Source of the DNA: Tubulanus polymorphus
Taxonomy: Eukaryota; Animalia; Nemertea
Direction of reading: 5' to 3'
DNA: 64,000 bases
NCBI RefSeq assembly: GCF_964204645.1
Contig: NC_134034.1
Span: forward strand, 9,684,962-9,748,961
In this document: piece by piece, positions 24,540 through 36,500 of the stretch
Numbering within the stretch: the stretch's first letter is position 1
How the letters are laid out: every line of letters begins with the position of its first letter
Position numbers and translations under genes: made by a program
The notes under the pieces: model-generated
Database searches by the model: none
What the model saw: the letters and a program-made list of their open reading frames with translations, nothing else
What the model was told of the DNA's origin: nothing

Positions 24540-25299
24540 AATCGAGCCTAGAAATATACATTGTAAAAAATATATTCAAATTTTTATAGTTTCCAGTATA
24601 GACCTAGAGGGTTAGGATTAGGTTGAGGTTAGGCTTCTAATTAACCGATCAAAATTAGCTAGGCCCAGCAAAAAAGTGTTTTACTAAAATATCCAACTGG
24701 CACGATATCCATTTCTTTTTTTTTAAATACAGGGGATCTCAGCACTAGCCCATCTAAAAACCCATTCATAGAGCAAGGGCAAGGGCTAAACCTTTTTAAG
24801 TTAACAATTAATAGTTTATACCCCTACCGTCCTAAAAAAATATAATTATTTCTGCACTAGGCCTAGTCAGTAACCTAACTGTGGTTTAGTTTCACAATCG
24901 GATATTTTCAATAAGCCCATCCGATTATAAAAAGCTTACCACCAACAATTAGGTAACTAACTACACTAGGCCTAGCTAGAGGGAGGTCTGCAGGGGGCAG
25001 CAGGATCAAAAAACTTTTGGCCTAAGAACTATCATTTTCAAGTGATTATTTTGATATTTTTGGTGTACTTTGACCCCTCACCCACGCCCACACCTCAACC
25101 CCGATTCAGAAAAAGAGGCCACATTACAAGTCTCTCGGATCGAGGCGAGATGAACAACAGAGAGAAAGGCCTTTTTGTCAACTTCGTGACTATAGCTAAT
25201 TTTTCGTTCCCTTTTAGAAGTGCTTGTACGATGAAAATTATCCTCGGCCGAAAACCAACCTTTCTTTATCTAGAAATCATAAAATCTCAAAAATTGTCC

Positions 25300-26120
25300 G
25301 ACGATTCTCGGAGATTATGGCATTAATCAGTGGATTTATCGACGAAATCAGCGAGCTGTCAAACTGCGCTTGTGTACTACGTCACAACAGCTGTCAAACA
25401 CGCCGTGTATTAGATCATAGTCGCTATAGCGTGTTCATGACGTCGCCAATTTCCTTTTGAGGGCGAGTTTGAAACGTCGTCCTCTAATGTTTTTGATTTT
25501 AAATCTTTGAACAATGAAGTTTGTTTTTTTTTTTCGTAACAATGATCTATTACTTAAAAACGCTTAAAAGTTAATGCTTTACAGAAACGAAACCTCTTTA
25601 AGATCAGCTGTTTTGGGAATTAAAAATCATTTCGAAATGAATTAATTTTCATTCACTAACTTAATTCCGTCACTCTACCTGTGGAATGCACAGGGGCTCG
25701 TATCAGAGTTGTAGGTAATGTAAAAACGATAATCTGTAAATCCAATGTATATAGTATAAAATAACTATTTTTTTATATATACTATATACATTGGATTTAC
25801 AGATTATCGTTTTTACATTACCTACAACTCTGATACGAGCCCCTGTGGTAGAATGGACAAGTTTATTAATTCCAGGTCTTTAGAAAATAAATTGAATTTC
25901 ACAGATAATTGATAATTCTTTGCTGACATTGCACAGAAAAAAAGATTACAATCGCAAAAACTTATGGACAAAATTTCACGGGTTGTTATAGGCCAAAGTT
26001 GAAACTTCAGTTTATATTTAGATAGACATGACGTCACGAACGATCGCGGGCAGGATCTAAACACGACCGGCGAAATCGATTGCGTGCCACGTCACGTCTA
26101 TTCGCGTACGATTGTCGCTT
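25300..26120. promoter_or_regulatory. Putative divergent INPP1/CDK12 promoter region
   Basis: Head-to-head genes; full CRE TGACGTCA at 26029-26036, CACGTCACGTC at about 26088, TGACGTC at about 25438. Confidence 0.5.
25689..25847. mobile_element. Foldback element: perfect 70-bp inverted repeat, 19-nt loop, near-identical 8-bp flanks
   Basis: Arms at 25689-25758 and 25778-25847; flanks GTGGAATG / GTAGAATG. Confidence 0.75.
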
Positions 26121-26699
26121 CCCACAATTCAATAGGTTTCTAGCTCTCGAAAATTTAGGCGAAATTCATAGTTGTTAAACAGAGAACAAAAATCCGGCGG
26201 CATCCGCCTCTTAAACTGAATCAAAATCAGAGAAATCATTAAAAATATAACAATAACATTCTGATAGATAATTAAATGATTAAAACATGAACGACTGCTG
26301 CCGGATAAAGGCAAAAATCTAACGTTTTTATTGATGATAGACGGGAAGAAGCGACAACGATTCGTCATCGATATTTTACTCGTAACGAGCGAGTTGAGCG
26401 TTTTGACAGCGACATGCTGGCGTGGATCGGTGCAGAGATCGCGTGGAATTAGAGGAACGCCTCGAAAAACGGATTAAATCGCTGCAAACCGGCTTCGAAA
26501 AACTGTTCATACGTGTTTTTGATAAAATGGACGACACCCCGCGTACGTGCTGCCACCTGTTAGCCAGTGCCTCAACTACTACTAACGGTAATAATCGCTA
26601 TTTTGTATGAATTTTCGACCGTTTCAAACCGATTTTTCTCGCATTTTTGATTCTATAACTTTCCAGCCTGAAATGAGAAGCGTATAGCTGCACGGAAAA

Positions 26700-27583
26700 A
26701 TGCCTCAATCGCGCGATAGGGATTACGCTTCAACCGGAGCCGGTCGGAGCGGTCGCAACCGGTCGGAGCATTACGCCGGAGCGTACGAGTTCGACTCGCG
26801 AGATCGAATCGCCGCGGTCGACCGGCCGCTTTCGCCCGAACCGCGGATACTAAAAAAACACAAAAAGGCGAAGAAGAAACACAAAAAATCGTCGAAGGAC
26901 GAAAAATCGAGCGGCGGTTCCAGAAAAAAACGAAAATCGCTCGTCAACGAAGGCTATGACGAAATCACGTCGGAATCTGACGATTACATCTCGCCTCCGC
27001 GTTCTCCGCTTGTTGACGATCGGATACCGAGTCGTGTAAACGTCGCGGACGTCGAACAACGCCGTCGTAAACAACGCCACCTATCGCCGGCGTCGGCGAT
27101 CGAGCGTTTTAAACAGATGCAGGAACACCACGGTCAGAGCGCGTCTCCCGTACGGGGCGGCGGACCGACTGCGGGTAAACGTTCGCGCTCGCCGATGATA
27201 CCGCCGGTTATGTATTCGAACGCGCTCCGCTACGACGAGTCCGGTCGCGGCGGTGGTGGCGGTACCGGTTCGAAACGGACTCTATCCCCGTCGCCCGCGG
27301 CGATGATGCCCGATTCGCCCGAACATTATCACCACCACCATCGTAAAATGGCGGTGTCGAAATCGTCGTCGCGAGGAGGTGCGGGCGTTTATAAAGACGA
27401 GCGTTTAAAGTCGTCGCCGCCGCGCGCGTATTTGGAAACGCCGAAAGCGTATCGAGGGTCGTCGTACGGTGGCGCCGTCGACGAATCGGACGCTCGGTAC
27501 CGGTCGTCGCCGCCCAGTCCGAAGCGGTCGCGTTATAAATCGCGTTCGCCAAGTCCGCATTCGCAACAATATTCAGCTTCGAG
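26700..27583 (+). CDS. CDK12: CDK12 exon 1 (Lys- and RS-rich)
   Basis: Long ORF ending AG|gtaagt. Confidence 0.88.
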
Positions 27584-30500
27584 GTAAGTTCATTCGTAAC
27601 GATGTTTCGATTAGATCTAGGGCTTTATTTCGGTTTAGGTGCAGTTATAAAATGCTTTAAAGTGATCTTTTCTTCACCCTTAACCTGTTGAAGCTGAACA
27701 ATTCAGGGCCTGCAGTTGCTCGAAAGTTTGTTAGTTAACCAATGGATAGTTGACATATTGACAATTGAAATTGCATTGTTACTATGGTATTTATCCACTG
27801 GTTATCATTAACCAATTTTTGAGCAACTGACCCCTGTTTCAGTGTTCCCAATATATGCTGGAATTTTACGGGCTGCATTATGACATCGTGGCTGCTGAAG
27901 GCTTCATTTCCCCCCCGAAAACAGAAAATTAACCTTAATTTCAGTGTAATCTTCAATTTTGCATATCAGCTCGACATAAGCAACTTAATTGATTGATTAT
28001 TGACATCCATTCCGGTAGGGGCAGCAAATATCCTATAGGCCTAAGGGGTGGCTAATTTCCAGGGCAGAGGGGCGGATGTTATAATGAAATATATGTCTCA
28101 AACCAGTTGGAGAGAACACTGAGTTCCTGAACCCTTTCAATTGTTTTGGGGTTGGTTAGTAATTGTGGGACAGAGGTTCCCGAATAGAAGGTCCCTAAAC
28201 CATACCCTTTATTTTACTTGATAAGTGTTTCTACTTTTAAAAGAAGTACTAAGCACATTCCAGATGGCGTGACTATCAGTCAACTCCCCAATACGAGCCA
28301 GAAATGTACTAATTAGAAAAATTCTAGAACGAAAAAGTTATACAAAGCTGTCTGTGTATTATCCAGCACTGCCCCCCCCCCCCCCCCTGTAAGTAGATGT
28401 ATAGATGAATAGATCCCTATCTCTATTGTGGTCTAGAAACAGAAATCATTCCAAATCCTCTCGTGAATATCGTCATAGACCATTGATCAGGTAATTCATT
28501 CATTTAATCATTGGTTAGGTTGAATTCGGTTATCGTTCATTGTTCGGTTCGTTTAGCTTTACGAAAATTACAAACTTCGATTTGATTTTCCACGAGTTTC
28601 GTTATTTCGAAATCTTGCAATCGTTGGCCCTGGGTCAAGGCCGGGTACAGGTTCGGTTAGATTTAGCCCTGGTAAGCGAGGTTCTACTGATTGTATATAT
28701 ATTTACAGACAGTTGTCACTCAGTTCTTTCCGTTTCGGTGGCAGTACTCCAGGCGGCGCCGGTAGTAGTGAACATCCGCCGTCATCGTGGGAACCAATCA
28801 AATTGCAGTAAGGCTTTCAGCGCTATTTGCCAAATTAATCAATCTAAAAACTATGCTTGACTCTTGTTTTTTTTTTTTTTTTAATTAGTTAATCAATTTT
28901 AACCAATTGCTTGACTTCGATATTTTGTAGATTAGATATTTCGATCGCTAGTTGGTGCATAACAGCCCGGGATGGGGGTGGGGGTGGTTTAAAGTTAAAC
29001 CCACGACCAGTTCCACAGTTGTGTTGGCATGATTTCTGACACGGTTTCAAGCCCTGGGGCCAGTTGCATAGTCATGGCTTACACTTAAGACCAAACTAAG
29101 ACCAACATCGTTCTATAGCCTATCTAATGACTTAAAACCAGTCATTTAAGATCTAAGACCACTTTTGGACTTAAGTCACGACTGTGCAACTGGCCCCTGG
29201 GTTTAATTTTCTGAAGTAGTTTAATGAGTAAAGTTTAAATTTTTGACTCCTTTATGAAAATAACTGATAGAAATTGAATCAAAAATCTGAGTTGAATTTT
29301 TTTCCTTTCAACAAGGACTAATTCAAACTTAACCATTTTAAGCTGACAACTTATTCCGTAACTCGACCGTACGAATGGGGGGGGGGTTAAGGCTTGAAGA
29401 AATTAGAATCCCTTTGGATTCGTATAGTCCAGCCATCAATGCCCACGGTGATGCTCGGGCGATCTAATGATTTATATCGGGTTGTTTTTTTTTGCCTGGG
29501 TACTGTTGATTATGGTTTCCATGATGATAAGGCATGCTGATTGCTACTACTAACAACTTCGAGTTCGTTATAGGACTTTCTATTTCAGATATTTAAAATC
29601 GTCACAAACCTGGTCCGAACTTGAATCGAATATATTGAGTCTAGATTGAATGCAGCCCTCTTATCATCTTTAGCTCACTCTCTCTGTCTCTTTCTCTCTT
29701 GCCAGCCCTGCTTGAATTTCGAGTAATCATTTTCTGTTGTGTGAATGCTTTTTATGTGTCTAGTAAAAGTTTTGATCGGCAGACTGGACCCCGTGCTCCC
29801 CGTAGACAATCAACTTTATTTAGCGTTCTTCAAATTTCTAATCGTCCTGACTTCAAATTTGACCATTAACTACTAGTATTATTAACTATTATAAACTATT
29901 ATTATTTACTATGAATACCGGCAGACATTAATTATGCCATTTTATCAACCCACTTGCAAAAATCATCCGAACTGGACTTCAGCTGCAAATTGGTGGCACC
30001 AGGCTGCAGATAACTAGGTCTACTGGGATTGTAAGATCGAAGACCATTGCTTGACTTGAGGCGCCACTGTCACCAGCCTCTGTTGAACGTCCCCTCCTTC
30101 TGTATTGAAACACTCCGGAGCCAGGTTTATAGACTGGTATCAAATTTAACCCGGGAGCTTACTCAATTCATTTTCTATCATTAAGTTTAACCCCCGGTTT
30201 AAGTTAAGCTGTAGAACAAGACTTCTATGATTGCCGTAATTACTCAATGCTGTAACTCAAAACGTTGACGTTTTCACTATTTGCAGGTCGCGTCGAGGAC
30301 GTCGTTCTAGGAGTCGCGAGCGTTACTCGAGCCCGCGTCCGAGCAGTAGACGACAGCGATCTCGTTCGCGCGACCACGTGCCCGGTCGCGGCGGCCGGTC
30401 TCCTCATTCCGTGAGTCTGTCTCCGCCGCCGGCGACCTCGTCATCGTCGTCCTCGCGAGGAGCGAATAAACGGTCGTCGACGGCGGGTGGTGGGACCCCG

Positions 30501-33500
30501 ACGAGTATCAACCACTCGACGGTGACGTACGCGACGAGTCTCGCCGCCGAGCTGAACAAACACCGTAAAGCACGCGAGGCGCGCGCAGCCATGACTACCA
30601 CCAACAAACACCAACCTCGTTCACCGGCGCCGCCGCCGAGGAGTGCGAACCGGACGCAGGATATCGACCCGGACGTGATGATCATCATACCACCCCCGCC
30701 CGCGGCGCAGACACTGACGAACCCGCCCCTCCCGCCGCCCGTACCGACGCCACTGCCGATGATACCCGACTCGGCGCCGCCCGGCGACATACACACGGAA
30801 CGCGCCAACCGACTGGTGAACGTCGGCAAAGAACACTTCACGGTGAAAATCGATAATCCACCGTCGTCAGAGCAGCGACCGCCGGAGGACGTCCGGGATA
30901 TACGCGTACCACCTCCGCTGCCTCAAGCACCGGCGCCACCTGGCGGTGCGGCGTCGGAACGCGCCAATCATCCGTTAGGGTTACCGATGCCGCCGGTAGG
31001 GGGCGATGACGACAGTAGCGATGAGAACAGTCCATACCCGCGTAGTAATAACTCTTACAGGTTAGTTAGTGTCTTTTAACACGCACGTCTTGGCTGGGTT
31101 TATTTTTTTCGCTTGGTCTCTACTGATTCTGTTACTCATTCTCTTTTGGCGCGTCATTTTGACCAGAAACACTTCCTATTCCGGAATAGCATAATCTGTA
31201 AACCTGATAGAAGCAGTCGGTAGGAAGTTTGTAATCTGTAAACCTGATAGAAACGGCCGGTAGAGAGTTTGGCTGGTTTAGATCGGTCTCTACCGATTCC
31301 AGAATTGACTTGGAGAATAGTTTCTATTCTTAAACCTTTAAATACTTCCAAAAAATTGAATAGCTATCGAAATACCCTAAAAATTGCAGAGATATGAGGT
31401 GAATTGGTCTGAACTTGGGATAGGAACATCTACAGGAAACATAATCAGGTCTCTGGCCACTGGTCTGGGAAACCTCGGGGAATCAGAAAAATCTGGAAAC
31501 CAATCGACGTAAACTCTGGGAATCTGGATATGCTGTTGTCCACGCGTTTCTATCAATACATGATGCATGAAAAATGAATGAATTGTAACAATTGTAAACC
31601 TAGAAATTCCTCTGGGAAGTTTGCATTAGGGGTCGTCCATTTATTACTTACGCATTATTTTCGGTAAAATCAGACCCCCTTGTACACACTTGTACGCAAA
31701 TCATTTACCCCCTCCCCTTTGCGTACGTACTGACCTTCAAAGTTACCCCCCCCCCCCCCCTATAGTGTGTCTAACAGAAAAAGAAAGACTGAAGAAAGAC
31801 TATTGTTTTTATCGATTAGACCAGGCAAGTGTGATTTGACCTACTTTCATTACGTTTGTACTAAAAGTCGCGAGTTCTTGAACTGGGATGAGTCCACTGT
31901 GTACAGTAGGGGTATTAGACAATGTACAGGGAATGCTCACGATTTGTTTATGGTGCGTACCCAACGCATCAGAATTAGACCCCCTCCCCCTTCTGCACGC
32001 ACATGCATATAATTAAATAAGACCCCCCCTACGATGCGTACTTAATAAATGGACGACCCCCTTATTGCTTCAAAAACTTGGGGTGAGGAATTAGTAAATC
32101 CGTGTCAAGCTGCGACCACCGCATTAAAATGTTTTATCTCTTTTTTTCCCACCAGGGATTCACCGTTGGATACGGTATCGCCAGCCGCGGCTCCGCGTCG
32201 AGGTATCCGCGATCTGCCGATGCCGCCGATGTACGGCGAACAGGACCAGGACGACGGCGATCCCGTCGAACAGTTGGACATCAAACGATCGATTAACAAT
32301 CGCGACGTGTCTCCGGCGCCGGTATCGTTGAAAACTAAACGCCCGAGGTACGTACTGAATATTGGCTCCACTCGTCTCCTCGATAGGGATTTATATAACG
32401 CTAGCTAAAATACCCGATCTTGGATGGGTTGGAAAATTATGAGCGGCTGCTTTAGTGCCAGCCTGATAAATCCCGATTGAACTTTCCAATTAAATCGAGC
32501 AATGAATTTCTTCGCGGAAGCCTGGCCGCAATGTTCCATATAACACTGTGTACGCACTATCTACTGTCAACTTCTGCAATCTACCCAGTGTTTTCAATTA
32601 GAGCCAGGTCCCAGACCCGTCGGTTGTTTGTAAAGGACCTGCCTGTTTTTTCAAACCAGCTTTTGTTTCAGAGTTTTTGACATGTTATGCGACCCTCCTG
32701 TTTTTCAAAGGGACCTGGCTTGTTAATTTCTTATTGAAAACACTGCTACCGGGATATTTGAGATTTAAATTCGGGTGAAATTAGACCCCTTATCCAAATG
32801 AAATTGTTATCTCTACCATGAGAATCTATTCCTGTGTGTACATGCCAAGTTTTATGACCAAACAATGAATAGATTTCGCGCGAACTGGTTATGAAAAATG
32901 ACAGTTTCCCCTTAGCGATATAGATTTGTAACTTAAAACCTTTGATTGGAGTCTTAGCGGATCAAATCAGGGCAAACAACTTACATGTCAAGGAATAGTC
33001 GGGGGGGTCAAGTGGCCACCCTGATTTTGGAAGTTTGATATTGACTGAATTGAATGATTGTTTTTTTTTTTTTGCTGTAGAGTGAATTATACGGGACCAA
33101 AAGGCACGGCCGATTGGGGCGAGAGATGCGTTGATATGTACGAGGTGATTACGCAGATTGGTGAGGGAACGTACGGCCAGGTTTACAAAGCTAGAGACAA
33201 AGACGAAGGTAAGCTGGAAGTCGTAGGTCACCTGACGTTCGTTCGAGTCATTGGCAATGGGAAATGTGCCGGATTCACGGTCCGATATAAGAAATGAAAG
33301 CCACCGTCTTGCCCGGGGGGTCGAGCATATCTAAAATTACACTTGCCCCCCTTCGATAATCTACCTGCCCTACACGAGCAGTTCGGCACAATCATTTGTT
33401 GTATCGATTGGGAAAAAGCTTCGAGACAAAAAAAAGCACTAGCCCGGCGGACAAGTGATAATGATAACCTGCTACTGAAAAGAAACTTGTCCCGGGCAAT

Positions 33501-36500
33501 CTTGGAAAATTCCGAGCCAGTCGGAGCAGTTGTTCAAGTTCGTTATCACGACTAATTGGAGTGAGATAGTAAGATATTTTCCGGGACGCGCCATAATCGG
33601 AGATAATCATCGCCCGCCGCGAAAACTTCGAGGTCTTTTATTTGAAATATCGCTAATCGTGAGTGTTAATTTACAGATTGTTTGGTCGCGTTGAAGAAAG
33701 TGCGTCTGGAGAACGAGAAGGACGGATTTCCGATCACGGCCGTTCGCGAAATCAAAATCCTACGACAGTTGAATCACCGCAACATCGTACAACTGAAAGA
33801 GATCGTTACAGATAAACAACAGGCTCTCGATTTCCGCAAAGATAAAGGTTCGTATTGATCTGATGTAACCAAGACTGAGTCTGATGATACAGTAGACTCC
33901 GCTCAAGTCAGATCTTTTGACTTGAGAGTGATATATCTGAGTCTGATGATACAGTAGACTCCGCTCAAGTCAGATCTTTTGACTTGAGAGTGATATATCT
34001 GAGTCTGATGATACAGTAGACTCCGCTCAAGTCAGATCTTTTGACTTGAGAGTGATATCTGAGTTGGATAATACAGTAGACTCCGCTCAAGTCAGATCTT
34101 TGGACTTGAGAGTGATATCTGAGTTGGATAATACAGTAGACTCCGCTCAAGTCAGATCTTTGGACTTGAGAGTGATATCCGTGTTGGATGGCACAGTAGA
34201 CTCCGCTCAAGTCAGATCTTTTGACTTGAGAGTGATATCCAAGTTGGATAATACAGTAGACTCTGCTCAAGTCAGATCTTTGGACTTGAGAGTGATATCC
34301 ATGTTGGATGGCACAGTAGACTCCGCTCAAGTCGGATCTTTGGACTTGAGAGTGATATCTGAGTTGGACGGTACTGTAGACTTCGCTCAAGTCGGATTTT
34401 TTGACTTGAAGAGGGATATCTGAGTTGGATGGTACAGTATACTCTGCTCAAGTCGGATCTTTGGACTTGAGAGTGATATCTGAGTTGGACGGTACTGTAG
34501 ACTTCGCTCAAGTCGGATTTTTTGACTTGAAGAGGGATATCTGAGTTGGATGGTACAGTATACTCTGCTCAAGTCTGATCTTTTGACTTGTGAGTGATAT
34601 CTGAGGTGGATGATACAGTAGACTCTGCTCAAGTCGGATCTTTTGACTTGAGAGTGATATCCGTGTTGGATGGCACAGTAGACTCCGCTCAAGTCAGATC
34701 TTTTGACTTGAGAGTGATATTGGAGTTGGATGGTACAGTAGACTCCACTCAAGTCAGATCTTTTGACTTGAGAGTGATATCCGTGTTGGATGGCACAGTA
34801 GACTCCGCTCAAGTCTGATCTTTTGACTAGACAGTGATATCCGAGTTTGATGGTACAGTAGACTCCGCTCAAGTCGGATCTTTTGACTTGAGAGTGATAA
34901 CTGAGTTGGATGGTACAGTAGACTCCGCTCAAGTCGGATCTTTGGACTCGAGAGTGATATCTGAGTTGGATGGTACAGCAGAGAAGAATATTGTATTCAA
35001 TTTTTTTGCGATTTCATTTTTTCCAGGTGCTTTTTATTTAGTATTCGAATATATGGACCACGATTTGATGGGTCTACTCGAGTCGGGGTTCGTGCATTTT
35101 ACCGAAGCGAACATCGCGTCGTTCATGAGACAGCTGCTCGACGGATTGAACTTCTGTCACAAGAAAAACTTCCTGCATCGCGACATCAAGTGTTCGAACA
35201 TCCTCATGAATAACAAGTAAGTTTCGGGCGCTAACGTTTCGATGCGAATATTCTTCCGACCGAGTTCTGATCGTCAGAGGCACCTGTTAATGATTCGTAG
35301 CTACGTTTTAAAGAGTGCAACTAAGGTCGTTTGAAAGTCGTCAGTGTTCGGTCACAGTTTGTATCGGTTTGAACATTCTTCAGACCGAGTTCTGATCGTC
35401 ATAGGCATCTTTTATGATTCAGAGCCACGTTTTAAGTGTTGAACAAAGATCGTGTTTGTAAGTCGTCACTCTTCGGTCGCGGTTGGTATCGATGTGAATA
35501 TTCTTCAGACCGAGTTCATCGTAGATGATTAAAATCATTAGCGTTTAAATTACAAGAAAGATACGCAGTATCATCATATAGATTGTCAGTTTAGAATCAA
35601 ATTTTTTATGTTTTCATGTATAGATCCTATGTGAGAATATCCAAATCATGGCTAATAGTAACATCTCCATAGTCTTTGGTCTGAATATTCCTATGGAGGA
35701 GAATGCCATCTTAAACTATTAGCACTGAAGAATTTCACTATGAAGTGTAACTGTATTTGTTTAGTGGGTCTATCAAGAGTTGTGCCCTTGGAAGCTATAT
35801 ATATCCTTGAATTATTCATAGGTTTTTTCAATGGAAATAATGGATTTTTTGTACTCTCTATTTCTCTCCTCGTCTGTACTTTTTTGTACGAAATGAATAC
35901 TTGATAATTGATATTATTACAGAGAAAATTCAGGGAAAAATCTTATTCAAACTGGTTTAATGTTGTCTTAATAAGTAATAAATGTTGATTTACCATTTCT
36001 GTTTTGTTTTTGTTTTTTACAGGGGTGAGATCAAACTCGCCGATTTCGGTCTGGCGCGTCTCTATCTGGGCGAGGAGAAAATACGTCCGTATACGAATAA
36101 AGTGATCACGTTGTGGTACCGTCCACCGGAGTTATTACTGGGAGAAGAACGTTACGGCCCGGCCGTCGATATCTGGAGTTTAGGGTGCGTGTATGATATC
36201 GTCCCACCGGATTTTCCCTATTGCAGTGATTGGATTCATCCCTCGCAGGGATTTGAACATGTGGATTCATCTCCTCGCAGGGATTTGAGTCTGGAACCCT
36301 GTTAACCCTTTCAGTGGGTCTACACCACAGTGCGGTGTACGAATCAGTGATGGATTTTGCTAGTACTCCGCACTGCGGTGTATTGATTTAATTAGTAATT
36401 ACTAATTATCTCTGTTGAAAGATGGCAGCACCTGTCAAACATAGTGAAATACTAGTAACTAACGATATACCGCACCAGGGTGTAGACGCACTATAGTGGT

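Noticed and set aside
33965-34932. Long repetitive ORFs on both strands (also at 18320-18956)
   Set aside because: Products of a 60-bp satellite whose unit length is a multiple of three; frames break at unit indels.
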